A stretch of 64,000 bases of DNA from Octopus bimaculoides (Eukaryota). The position numbers were made by a program, and so were the translations under genes. Shown piece after piece: positions 1 to 10,789 of this stretch. How positions within the stretch are numbered: position 1 is the stretch's first letter; every line of letters begins with the position of its first letter. Location: contig NC_068987.1 in the NCBI RefSeq assembly GCF_001194135.2, positions 5,382,577 to 5,446,576 of the forward strand. Direction: 5' to 3'. The notes beneath the pieces were generated by a model. That model saw only the letters and a program-made list of their open reading frames with translations. It ran no database searches and was not told where the DNA came from.

Positions 1-294
1 TGTCCCCTCTATGTTTGGCACCCCTCCCCGTGGGCAGTAAAGAAATAAGAAACGTTGCTCTGTGTGTGTTAGACAGANNNNNNNNNNNNNNNNNNNNNNN
101 NNNNNNNNNNNNNNNNNNNNNNNNNNNNNNNNNNNNNNNNNNNNNNNNNNNNNNNNNNNNNNNNNNNNNNNNNNNNNNNNNNNNNNNNNNNNNNNNNNNN
201 NNNNNNNNNNNNNNNNNNNNNNNNNNNNNNNNNNNNNNNNNNNNNNNNNNNNNNNNNNNNNNNNNNNNNNCACTCCCTCCATCAAATCGATGTT

Positions 295-480
295 ACCTGA
301 ACGGGTGCACGGCGTACCACACGCCAGGTGTTGAAGTGATCGCACAGCAACGTGAAATGATGTGTTTTGCTGAAGAATACAAGACACCACTCAGTCCCGA
401 AAGTGAGACCACGATCCCGCGATTGTAAGTGCTTCATCCAAACCACTAAGCCATGCACCCTCGCAAACATATATACCATG
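295..480 (-). mobile_element. tRNA-derived SINE fragment (head on minus strand)
   Basis: Minus strand begins GCATGGCTTAGTGG (A-box-like); same head type recurs at 61205 and 38730. Confidence 0.55.
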
Positions 481-493
481 GGCTGCATCCAGT

Positions 494-824
494 GGCGATC
501 TTTCAGTACGAGTTCCTAATTATCGGCCTTTTCCGTAAACAGTGTCTTCGGCGATCTTTACCAAAGATCGGCCTTTTCCGTAACACCCGCACGATCTTCA
601 CTACGGTGATAGGGTTAGGATTTTAGTGTCAGGGTTAGGGTTAGTGTTTAGGGTTAGGGTTAGGGACGGAATTCCCTAACGCAAACCCTAACCCTAAATC
701 TAAACACTTCAAAATAAATCGCGCTCTCTGTATGTCTTTCGCTGTTATGACGTCGTCTCCCTGTTTCTCTCCAACACTTTTTACGGAAAAGGCCGGTAAT
801 TAGGAACTCGTACCGAAATATCGC
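494..824. mobile_element. Non-autonomous DNA transposon/fold-back with about 50-bp TIRs and internal inverted TTAGGG/CCCTAA repeats
   Basis: GTACGAGTTCCTAATTATCGGCCTTTTCCGTAAA (506-) is the reverse complement, with one mismatch, of TTTACGGAAAAGGCCGGTAATTAGGAACTCGTAC (-813). Interior 605-700 has TTAGGG units followed by CCCTAA units. Confidence 0.7.
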
Positions 825-1499
825 CCATCCAGTTTTCGTTTACCAAATCGATTCACAAGATTTTGGTCAACCCAGAGCTATAGTAAAAGACATTTGGCCA
901 AAGTGCCACGCAGTGGGACTGAACCTGATGACCATACAGTTAGAAAGCAAACTTCTTAACCACACACCCACTTTTGTTCATTACATTCTGAAAAAGCACG
1001 ACTTACTTTCAACCGATTAACTCTTTAAAAGTTGGAATCTCTCAATTTAGAATTTAAAAAATAAGGCGGTTTTTTTCGCATTTGGTTGCTTACTTTTTAA
1101 TCAAAAGCACAATCTAATTTCATTTTAAAATTAATAAAATATATTTGAATGAAATATAAAGACTTAACTTTTAGGAACACAGAAATAAAATGCCGATAGA
1201 GTTAAAAGAAGAAAAGAAGAGATTTATAAATCAGACAAATCTCCCTCAAAAGTCAACCTATTCTCTATACAAAAGACAGATACATTGCCTGATGACATAG
1301 CGAAATGTCATGACGGAAGGTAAACCAGGTGAGTACAAGGCTGACAATACAATAACATTAACGGTGATAGCAATAAAGCAATAATATACTTCTAAGATTT
1401 AATAAACTTACTTGAAAACGGTTTCCATTGTGAAGTGTGAAGTGTCAGTCACAGCACAAACTGTGAAGAAATAGATTAAAAGAAACGATTAAAGTGTTT

Positions 1500-1534
1500 A
1501 GAGAGAGAGAGAGAGGGAGGGAGGAGAGAGATAA

Positions 1535-1565
<31 letters not shown>

Positions 1566-1622
1566 AGAGAGAGAGAGGGAGGGAGGGAGGAGAGAGATAA
1601 AGAGAGAGAGAGAGGGAGGGAG

Positions 1623-1653
<31 letters not shown>

Positions 1654-1668
1654 GGAGGAGAGAGATAA

Positions 1669-1708
<40 letters not shown>

Positions 1709-1727
1709 GGAGGAGAGAGATAAAGAG

Positions 1728-1760
<33 letters not shown>

Positions 1761-1839
1761 GAGAGAGGGAGGAGAGAGATAAAGAGAGAGAGAGAGAGAG
1801 AGAGAGGGAGGGAGGAGAGAGAGAGAGAGAGAAAGAGAA

Positions 1840-1873
<34 letters not shown>

Positions 1874-1886
1874 GGGGGAGAGAGAT

Positions 1887-1930
<44 letters not shown>
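1500..1930. repeat. (GA)n/GGAGAGA compound microsatellite
   Basis: Direct reading; it generates the spurious ER/SL ORFs. Confidence 0.95.
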
Positions 1931-1933
<3 letters not shown>

Positions 1934-2355
1934 GTTTGTCTTGCCGGGTAGACAGAGAAGCGTTAAAAAAAAAAAGAGACGATGTATGCGAGGGCCGCAA
2001 ACTTCGACTCTGATAACGTATCTTGCAAAGTCTAATAATGACTTAAAGATAAATTTAGCAATGTCGATGCCAGTCCCATTCCTATGCTCTGCTCTTCATT
2101 AATCAGTGCGCCATATCTTTCCTTCCGAGAGGGCCGACGGTCCAGAATTTATTTCCTTCCTTACTTGTTGGCGTGGCCTTCAAAAGCCCAAGGGCTGAGG
2201 TAGTAAATTGCTATAGCATCAATATTTACCAATCCAGAAGTCCTCCAAATTCGAAGTCACTCAATGATCTGCCGAATAATTAACTTCCTATAAATACATT
2301 ACTGGTCTTATGTTTAGAATATGCTTCTTTTCGGATATATGATCAATTGACGATA

Positions 2356-2480
2356 TACAGTGTGTCCACAAAGTCTGGGTACCTTGAGTAAATAAAATCA
2401 TAACATAAACAATTAAATATAAGAAATAATAATTTCTTAAAGTATGTGTTAATCCCCATGTATCCCTTTCTACTGTAGGC
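2356..2480. mobile_element. Possible Tc1/mariner-type end fragment
   Basis: TA-CAGTGTGTCCACAAAG resembles a mariner-type TIR; the partner TIR is not clearly seen. Confidence 0.3.
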
Positions 2481-3629
2481 ATAAGGTCTATATANNNNNN
2501 NNNNNNNNNNNNNNNNNNNNNNNNNNNNNNNNNNNNNNNNNNNNNNNNNNNNNNNNNNNNNNNNNNNNNNNNNNNNNNNNNNNNNNNNNNNNNNNNNNNN
2601 NNNNNNNNNNNNNNNNNNNNNNNNNNNNNNNNNNNNNNNNNNNNNNNNNNNNNNNNNNNNNNNNNNNNNNNNNNNNNNNNNNNNNNNNNNNNNNNNNNNN
2701 NNNNNNNNNNNNNNNNNNNNNNNNNNNNNNNNNNNNNNNNNNNNNNNNNNNNNNNNNNNNNNNNNNNNNNNNNNNNNNNNNNNNNNNNNNNNNNNNNNNN
2801 NNNNNNNNNNNNNNNNNNNNNNNNNNNNNNNNNNNNNNNNNNNNNNNNNNNNNNNNNNNNNNNNNNNNNNNNNNNNNNNNNNNNNNNNNNNNNNNNNNNN
2901 NNNNNNNNNNNNNNNNNNNNNNNNNNNNNNNNNNNNNNNNNNNNNNNNNNNNNNNNNNNNNNNNNNNNNNNNNNNNNNNNNNNNNNNNNNNNNNNNNNNN
3001 NNNNNNNNNNNNNNNNNNNNNNNNNNNNNNNNNNNNNNNNNNNNNNNNNNNNNNNNNNNNNNNNNNNNNNNNNNNNNNNNNNNNNNNNNNNNNNNNNNNN
3101 NNNNNNNNNNNNNNNNNNNNNNNNNNNNNNNNNNNNNNNNNNNNNNNTATATATATATACATACATACACGTGAGTCGACTAAGAGACCATAAATCAAGG
3201 AAAAGATGCATTGGTATACCTGCCAGTAGAATGCATATTTAATACTATACTTTTCGAATAATGTGTGTGTGTGTGTGATAATTGGAATAAGTGAATGTGA
3301 GTTATCTTCCTTTCCGAGTGGGAGTTCTTACCCCACCTCCACGAATATTAACAGTATAACACTTCAAGGCAAGATTGATAAAACCTCGACAGTATAACTT
3401 CTTATACTGTACATGATTGATTTAATATATTTAATCTATCTGGATCAAAGTTTATGCCTCTTGAAATATCATATTGAGACTGGCTATCAGTATGAACTTT
3501 AATTCCAAATGACCTTGAATAAATTTTTACAGTAACCAGTAATAAGTTATACGTACTTCTTTGTTACCAGAAGCACGCGCGTATTGTATGTATATATGTA
3601 TGTATGTATGTATATAAAACGAACCTCCA

Positions 3630-3890
3630 CCAACTATTCTGCCTATAGGTCTGTGCACACCTTTCAATGCAGTGTATGCCAGAAGGTCTGCAAATCAAAC
3701 GGAGGCCTGAAAAAATATTTTAAGATCCACAAAGATCAGAACTTATCTGCAGCTCTTGGTGGTCCAAATCGGAGGTGCAATCTACGTGGATGTCTTTTCA
3801 AAACATTGTCTGGTTTAAAAAGCCACATCAGATGCCATGATAGTGCTAACGTGTAGGTACAGGAGGTGGTCAAACTCTACATAAGGAGTT
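3630..3890 (+). mobile_element. Degenerate C2H2 zinc-finger-bearing 3' end of an RTE-clade LINE
   Basis: FQCSVCQKVCKSNGGLKKYFKIH...CNLRGCLFKTLSGLKSHIRCH: two fingers, each missing a ligand. No exon structure; adjacent to an RTE RT fragment. Confidence 0.55.
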
Positions 3891-4199
3891 TGCTGCTCCA
3901 GGATTATCCTTTCAACGGATTTTGTTGCATTATTTTCTAGTCACAGCAGATTAATAGAGAGATAACATTTTCAGACAACTACTTTCGATTATTTCCGTTT
4001 ATAAGGGCAGCAACAAAATATTTCGCTTTTTGAGTCCAAGAAAACACCCGGATCGTGTGGACTTCTTAAAATGGTTCTCCTCTTACAAAGTCTACTCCTA
4101 TTCATGTATAGTTCAGGCCGTCCTAGCAGTTTCTAGTTGATTTTGTACACTGTTTCTTCCTCTTTTAATCGCTATATATAACTGGTAAATTGTGGTTCT

Positions 4200-4369
4200 A
4201 CTGCATTCTAGATGTATTCCATCAGAGGTACCTCAGAAAAGTCCTAAGGATCAACAAGCGGGACCGTTGTCACAAATAAGAAGATTCTGAGAAGAACTGA
4301 GTTATGACCACTACAAGAAATTATAGCAGAAAGCCAATTCGCCTAACTACCCACATTCTCCGTCTAACT
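4200..4369 (+). mobile_element. RTE LINE ORF C-terminal fragment
   Basis: LDVFHQRYLRKVLRINKRDR.TNKKILRRTEL, with a frameshift and a stop, matches the RTE motif FHQRCLRRIL.I.W.DR.TN. Confidence 0.7.
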
Positions 4370-4665
4370 CAGGGGTTCTCAAATATTTTTTGCCTATGGA
4401 CCCTTTCGATTCGTATTTTACTTGTGTGGACCCCACCATAGCCATTCGATGTTTAAAAAATTCAATTGTATTTTCATGATTAAATATTATTAGGACTTAT
4501 ACAAAAATTATTGAAATATTTTGTGTATTGTAGAAGCATAACCAAATTTACTGGTCTGAAACACAATTTTTTCATGGCCCCCAATTTACTATATTGCATC
4601 CGTAGACCACCAAAAATCTTATATGGATGCCCCGGGTCCATATGAACCCCGGTTGAGAATCCTTA
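4370..4665. mobile_element. hAT (Charlie-like) MITE
   Basis: TIRs CAGGGGTTCTCAA / TTGAGAATCCTTA; 8-bp TSD GTCTAACT (4362) / GTCTAGCT (4666), close to the TCTAGA hAT target preference. Confidence 0.8.
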
Positions 4666-4712
4666 GTCTAGCTGTTCAACAGCACTCGAAAACAATCATG
4701 ACATGGGGACCA

Positions 4713-5120
4713 TCAGTTAGCTGATGTGAAAGGGGCTGACTGAAGATCACTTGATGGTAGACATTTAAAGATGATCTGAAGACAGATATTACATGGAATG
4801 AATGTACAAGAGCAGCAGACGACCGACCCCAGCGGAGGAAACTTGCCGCGTAATGCGCTGAGCAGCAGCGCAGAAGGATCTGATGTTAAAGTTATAACTT
4901 GCGATGCGTGTAGCATCCTCAGTGTTGATTCTATGGAGTTTGTCTCGGTTGTTGGCAACAACTTGTTGCGTGTAGTTAGTTTACTTTCATTCCCATCTCT
5001 TTTGTGTGTCGAGTGCTTTGTCACATTTTGCTTTGGTGTTGTAAAAGCATATCCTTCACCACGACATTCGGTTGTTAGTCCAAGGGAAATTACTCTGGTT
5101 TGCAATGTTGCTATCGCTTT
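4713..5120 (-). CDS. Candidate terminal coding exon of an unidentified gene (Thr-rich stretch then Cys-rich segment)
   Basis: Acceptor tattcccag|AAA; 135 open codons in unique sequence; in-register plus strand also open (4798-5151). No homolog recognised. Confidence 0.3.
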   Translation of the reverse strand, partial: KAIATLQTRVISLGLTTECRGEGYAFTTPKQNVTKHSTHKRDGNESKLTTRNKLLPTTETNSIESTLRMLHASQVITLTSDPSALLLSALRGKFPPLGSVVCCSCTFIPCNICLQIIFKCLPSSDLQSAPFTSAN

Positions 5121-5597
5121 CTGGGAATATAGGACATGTATGAACGTTTGATGTTTAAATCATTAAAAAGAAATGATATAGTTTAGGCATTTTTTGTTTT
5201 TAAAGAAGCTAGTACGTAATCTGATGGTAGCTTGACTACTATTTCTAGCATTTCGATCGACACAACACTGGCCACAACCCACAACACTGGCCAATTTGCT
5301 TTCGCCATAGGGTCTGCTATCCACAACACACACACGCACACTGAGGGACATACTTTGGGTTCCTAGCGACCAGGGAGAATCAGCAGCTGCTATGGGCTTA
5401 CATATGCCACTTGAGGCCCACTTCTGGCTGCACTGGTCAGACGTTCCTGTAACGATTACTCCCGCTCATCCGCACCTTGGCGGAATTTGAACTCACAGGA
5501 GTGTTACTTTATTTACCAACTCCGGAAAGCTAAAAGACACTCTACTGGCTAGTCACGGTGGTGGTCATATCTGGATGTCCTTTACTTACCACAGTGG

Positions 5598-5741
5598 AGA
5601 ATAGCTTGCTTCCCAACCACATGGTTCTCGGTTCAATCCCACTGCGTGGCAGCTTGGACAAGTGTCTTCTACTATAGTCTCGGGCCGACCAAAGCCTTGT
5701 GAGTGGATTTAGTTAACGGAAACTGAAAGAAGCCCGCCGCA

Positions 5742-5777
<36 letters not shown>

Positions 5778-6010
5778 TGTATGTATGTATGTATGTTTGT
5801 GTGTGTGTGTTTGTTCCCCCACCATCGCTTGGCAACCGATGTTGGTATATTTACGTCCCCATAACTTAGCGGCTCGGCAAAAGTGACTAATAAAATAAGT
5901 ACTGGGCTTACAAAGAATAAGTCCTGGGGGTCGATTTGTTCGACTAAAGGCGGTGCCCCAGTATGGCCGCAGTCAAATGACTGAAACAAGTGAAAGAATA
6001 AAATGATAAA
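5598..6010 (+). mobile_element. Major tRNA-derived SINE (family 1)
   Basis: Head ...CCAACCACATGGTTCTCGGTTCAATCCCACTGCG, core CTTCTACTATAG...GGAAACTGAAAGAAGCCCG, (TATG)n spacer, tail ...CAGTCAAATGACTGAAACAAG; more than 15 copies in the window. Confidence 0.9.
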
Positions 6011-6177
6011 TCTTAGTGATATGTTTTTTCCCCCCCTTGTAATAAATACTTGGTCTGAATTGTTAGTTGATCATTCAATATTATTTTAAAGTCAGATAAG
6101 TTATATAAATGAACCGAAAACTTGTGAAGTTTACATCTAACCAAATAGTAAATGGAATAAAATGTATTTACCATTCT

Positions 6178-6345
6178 TTTCTTCTCTAGGCACAATGGCC
6201 CAAATTTTTGGGGAGGGGGGGGCAGTCGATTAGATCAACTCCAGTATGTAACTGGTACTTAATTTATCGACTCTGAAAGGATGAAAGGCAAAGTCGACCT
6301 CGGAGGAATTTGAACTCAGAACATAAAGACGGACGAAATACCGCT
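6178..6345 (-). mobile_element. SINE family 2, minus copy of an inverted pair
   Basis: Reverse complement of 6346-6525; B-box-like GAGTTCAAATTCC. Confidence 0.9.
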
Positions 6346-6525
6346 GGGCGAAATGTTTAACGGTATTTCGTCTGTCTTTATGTTTTGAGTTCAAATTCCG
6401 CCGAGGTCGACTTTGCCTTTCATCCTTTTGGGGTCGATAAATTAAGTACTATTTGCGTACTGGGGTCGATCTTATCGACTGGCCCCCTCCCCGCAAATTT
6501 CGGGCATTGTGCCTAGAGTAGAAAA
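6346..6525 (+). mobile_element. SINE family 2, plus copy of an inverted pair
   Basis: GGGCGAAATG...GAGTTCAAATTCCGCCGAGGTCGAC...GTGCCTAGAGTAGAAAA; same family at 11752, 38900, 50855 and 58965. Confidence 0.9.
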
Positions 6526-6652
6526 AAAAATGTATTTATTGCTGTAAATCTGGTCGTTATTTTACTCAGGGACTATTTTTGGGGTTGTTGCTGCAATACA
6601 GCAATTGTATCTCTTCATTAGAGAGCTCCGTAAATGTGGATTTCTTGCAAGC

Positions 6653-7603
6653 ATGGCAGAGGAAGAGACGATTGTGAAGAAAGAACCTGTTGAAGCGGTT
6701 GACTTGGAAACCAGGATTTTAGAATTATGTAAACAGAACCCTGATGGAGTAGACGATAGTGCTATTCTCGTCGATATGCCTCAGTTTGATGCTAACCAGA
6801 GGGTGCAAGCTATTAACCGGCTCCTCTCCACAGCCAAGATAGATTTGCTGAAAAGTGGTAACAAGTTAGTTTACAAATTAAAGGACCCTTCATCGGCCAG
6901 TGTTGTGAAAGGCTCTGATAACCAAGAGAAAGTTGTTTACCAAATCATCAAGGAAGCCGGTAACCGAGGGATATGGATTCGTGACATACGGTATCAAAGT
7001 AATTTATTACTGACTCAAGTCAACAAAATATTGAAGAACTTAGAAAGTAAGAAACTTATTAAAGCCGTTAAATCGGTGGCTGCTTCTAAAAAGAAAGTCT
7101 ATATGCTTTATGAATTGGAACCAGACCGATCAGTAACGGGCGGAGCGTGGTACAGCGATCAAGATTTTGAATCAGAATTTGTCGAAGTACTCAACCAGCA
7201 GTGTTTTAAATACCTGAATGAGAAAGCTGCAAATGCACGTGAAACTCTTTCAGCACCTATCATGCAGAGAAATGCATCATTCGCTTCTTCGACGGACGTC
7301 TGGAAATATATATCGGAACTTGGTATCAGTAAAGTGAAGCTTGCTGTTGAGGACATAGAAACTATTTTGGATACTTTAATTTATGATGGTAAGGTGGAAC
7401 GTTCTATAGTTGCTGGACCGTGTTCGTCTAGCGGCACATCTGGAAGTGTCACAAAATTATATCGAGCCATTAAGCCATTGATACAGCCGACTGGATTAAC
7501 AAGAATGCCATGCGGTACCTGTCCAGTTTTTCACCTTTGTTCAGAGGACGGTGTCATCTCGCCGACTTCATGTGTATACATGAAAGAATGGCTTGACTAT
7601 TAA
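6653..7603 (+). CDS. POLR3F: DNA-directed RNA polymerase III subunit RPC6/RPC34, intronless CDS, 316 aa
   Basis: ATG at 6653 (MAEEETIVKK), TAA at 7601. Winged-helix motifs GNRGIWIRDIR, ILKNLESKKLIKAVKSV, GGAWYSDQDFESEFV; C-terminal Fe-S cysteines PCGTCPVFHLC...PTSCVYMKEWL. Likely acceptor ctcttcattag at 6621; the track's TTG start at 6605 is not used. Confidence 0.96.
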   Translation: MAEEETIVKKEPVEAVDLETRILELCKQNPDGVDDSAILVDMPQFDANQRVQAINRLLSTAKIDLLKSGNKLVYKLKDPSSASVVKGSDNQEKVVYQIIKEAGNRGIWIRDIRYQSNLLLTQVNKILKNLESKKLIKAVKSVAASKKKVYMLYELEPDRSVTGGAWYSDQDFESEFVEVLNQQCFKYLNEKAANARETLSAPIMQRNASFASSTDVWKYISELGISKVKLAVEDIETILDTLIYDGKVERSIVAGPCSSSGTSGSVTKLYRAIKPLIQPTGLTRMPCGTCPVFHLCSEDGVISPTSCVYMKEWLDY

Positions 7604-8068
7604 AAGTTTTAATATTATAACATCATACATTTTATATATAAAAAAGATGTATATATTTTTTAAAGATATTTGTCACTTCTCTACTTTGTTAAACATATCG
7701 CCAAAATTCGAGCAGTTTTACTTTTTTTAAATTCACCAACGTTAACCTTCTGAATTCATGTTATTGTTGTTGCTTGGCCTCAGGTCAGTCCCACTCGGGT
7801 GGATCGATGATCAAAAAAATATTCCGGCTGCGACCGATCGTTTCTTCTACACATCAGTCAATGTAACTCCTTTCTAAGACAGCAGTAGCGTGATGTTTTA
7901 AGGAATTGCAGTTTCTATTTTTAGCAAGTCCACCGACCACATATAAGCTTCTACGTTGTCTCTTGTTTCTTCATCTGTGTTAGGTGGGTTGACTTATAGG
8001 TAGTGGGGTTGTGTACGTGGTTAGTATTTCAGGATATCTTACAGCTTCGATGCAGAAGACTTTCAATA

Positions 8069-8553
8069 GCGAAAGTAAAGTAATTGATTCGGTGTTCCTT
8101 CCATATAACTCGACAAACTCAACATTTGACTTCGAGTATTTTCGTGACAGTTGCTGAAACGGGATGAGAAGAAAGCTAATGGGTTGTGTGTACGTGCTTG
8201 TTCTTGTCTGTGTGCGTGTCTGTTCTGGTTCTATGCATTTATTTGTTGTGGAATATAGATATTACGAAATTATGCCAGCAATGTCTCATTTTAAACTTGA
8301 AGAAAAAAAAAGCCTTGCATATTCGTTCTTACCTGCTTCATGTGTGTATGTAAAATCCACAAATCTCCAAGCAGAAAACAGAATCGAAGTTTACACAGAC
8401 ACACACAAGAACAAGCACGCACACCCAACCCATTAGCTTTCTTCTCCTCCTCTCATTTCAGCAAATGTCACGGAAATACCCAAAGTTAAACGTTGTCAAA
8501 TGTTGAGTTTGTCGAGTTATATCGAAAGAACGCCAATTGATTCCTTTTACGCC
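8069..8553. mobile_element. MITE with about 150-bp imperfect TIRs
   Basis: ATATAACTCGACAAACTCAACATTTGAC...AGAAGAAAGCTAATGGGTTG (8100-8190) is inverted at 8425-8525. Confidence 0.75.
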
Positions 8554-8614
8554 TAGAAAAATAAGGAAACAACGTTTGGGAGGTGGGGAGGCACCAAACT
8601 GCAATTATCTTTTA

Positions 8615-8895
8615 TCGTTTACTTGTTTCAGTCATTAGAATGCGGCCATGTTTGGGCACCGCCGTGAAGAATTTTAGTCGAACAAATCCACCTCAAGACT
8701 TATTCTTTTTTAAGCCTCGTATTTATTCCACTGGTCTCTTCTGCCGAATGGCTATGTTACGGGAACGTAAACACACCAACACCGATTGACAAACGGTGAT
8801 GGTTGGACACACACACACACACACACACACATATCTACGCCAGTCTTCTTTCGATTTCCATCTACCAAATCCACTCACAAGGATTTCGTTGGCCC
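8615..8895 (-). mobile_element. SINE family 1, partial
   Basis: TTACTTGTTTCAGTCATT...CAAATCCACTCACAAGG. Confidence 0.85.
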
Positions 8896-9538
8896 AAGGT
8901 TGTGGTAGAGTGTTGTGGGATTGAACCTGGTTGGGAAGCAAGGAAAAGAGGGGATGGCCACAGCTGGAACACTTTTAAAAGAGACAGGCATTTAGAAAAA
9001 CTAGCATCAGTGTTTTAAAACAACCAACAGAACTGAAATATTTAAATCCCTTTTGAAACAAAATTTTAAAAATTGTTAAATTTCATCAACATATTTTACC
9101 CCTAAACCTAAATCCTTTTAATAATGCATTTTTTTTTTTGCATGTGCCAACTTATTTTCCATTTTGAACATTTTCTCTTTTATTAGTTTGTAGTTGCTAA
9201 GCTTCCTCAAAGACAAAATCCCATTACTGTATTCATTGGGTAAGATGCTTCCCAGCCACTTGATGCTTTGAAAACTTGAACGCTTAGAAATGGTAAGGAA
9301 GAAGAAGATGAGTAAAATAGCATTACCAAATAAAACCAGTAAAGCATTCTGTAATAAATGGTTGAGTATTGAACTCCACAAGATATTTGGTATTCTTTCG
9401 ATATGACTCAACAGAATCAAAACACCACAACACGTAAATACATAAAAACGGAACAGGCACACACAGAGACAAGAACAAGCATGCACACACACAGACAAGA
9501 ACAAGCATGCACACACACACATATTATTATTATTCATG

Positions 9539-9770
9539 TCACTGCCGGGAATCGAACTCGGAATCTTGGGGTTAGTAGCCTGTGCTCTTAACTCCAAGAT
9601 TCTGAGTTTGATTCCAGGCAGTGATCCGAATAATAATTATAATGAGACCGAAAAATACCTTAGGAATGAGAACCCAGGTTCGAAATTTCCCCCAGACACC
9701 TGACGAAGGCTGGAGGGTATATCAGCTGAACAAGATGAAGACAAATATCCGTCAAATGTAAATAACATCT
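9539..9770. mobile_element. Inverted pair of SINE heads followed by a CTGACGA-containing repeat
   Basis: CACTGCCGGGAATCGAACTCGGAATCTTGG inverted at 9594-9623 (3 mismatches); then CCTGACGAAGGCTGGAGGGTATATCAGC. Confidence 0.6.
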
Positions 9771-10789
9771 AAACTATGTTAGTATAGAAAACATCAAATG
9801 ATGATGATAATATATTGTATCCATGGTAAAGACAACTTTGGTTCGGTTTGACTAATAGAAAGTGCCACAGTGTAGGACAAACTAGCCAGAAACTCTAAAA
9901 TTAACAAATAATTAGATTACTGTGCTGTGTTCAATTCTGTCTGAAGAATCCACAACTGTTTTTGGATCAGAGTCCATCAGTTATATCAGTCTGTCTTATC
10001 CCTGGATCTAGACAGGTTCTGATTATAGGTACAATATGATGTCTTGCTTGCAAAGCCTCATCCAATTTAAAGTATCCATGCACAAGCAAAACACCATCAG
10101 CTCATTTTCCTTGGTCTGACAAAGTGCTTTTAGAAGAAGTCAAAATTCAATTCTCGCAGAAGAATGAAAAACTTGTGTTTATGTAATTTACTGTTCTATG
10201 TCGATTTTTCCATGCTAGCATGGGTCAGATGAATACATGTTATTGAGGCATTGTTTTACAGCTGGATGCCCTCCCTGTTGCTAACCTTTCATCATCATCA
10301 ATATCCACTTCTCCATGCTTATAGATGGAAATTTTTGAGGTAGGTTTTCTGTGGTTGGATGCCCTTCCTGTTGCCAACCGTCACCTGTTTCCAATCAAGG
10401 TAATATTTTCCCATGGCCAGACATGTTTTTCATGGAAGACTGGAAATAAACAACCTCACTTATATGACAGTGACGCTCATTTACAACCATCACATGATGT
10501 CCAGTCAAAGGGTACACACATAACCACACATTATACCAACCTTTCTTAAGAACCACATGTAGCAAAAATGCTTGAAATCACTCAAAATGTGGGCTTTCAC
10601 AATTACTCTGTTACAACCACATGTCTATAACATAGTCAAAAACATTGTCCTAAACTTTTTATTTCATCTCAAGGCCCCGAAATACTTCAATTCCAAATGG
10701 TTGTTCTTGGGCCAGAAGCTGGGACGGCATCTGAAAACGAAGGGAGATAACTTAAGTCAAATTCTACATTCATTTCTTTTTATTAAATG

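Noticed and set aside
1165-1335. Exon-like stretch with strong donors GAAG|gtaaac and CCAG|gtgagt
   Set aside because: No frame is open from an acceptor to the donor; at most a non-coding exon.
1476-2102. Long ER/SL-rich ORFs (also 41678-42935, 48118-48501, 59658-60055)
   Set aside because: Translations of GA/CT microsatellites.
2030-2290. Minus-strand micro-exon candidates (IYYLSPWAFEGHAN; SLSDFEFGGLLDW)
   Set aside because: Too short, no recognisable homology, no partner exons.
2288-3211. ORFs spanning N runs (also 31843-32921, 52768-53970, 55710-56318, 58360-58975)
   Set aside because: Open only because of assembly gaps.
3584-3856. C2H2 zinc-finger gene (the family is expanded in octopus)
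   Set aside because: Both fingers lack a ligand, the start lies in a microsatellite, and the context is LINE-derived.
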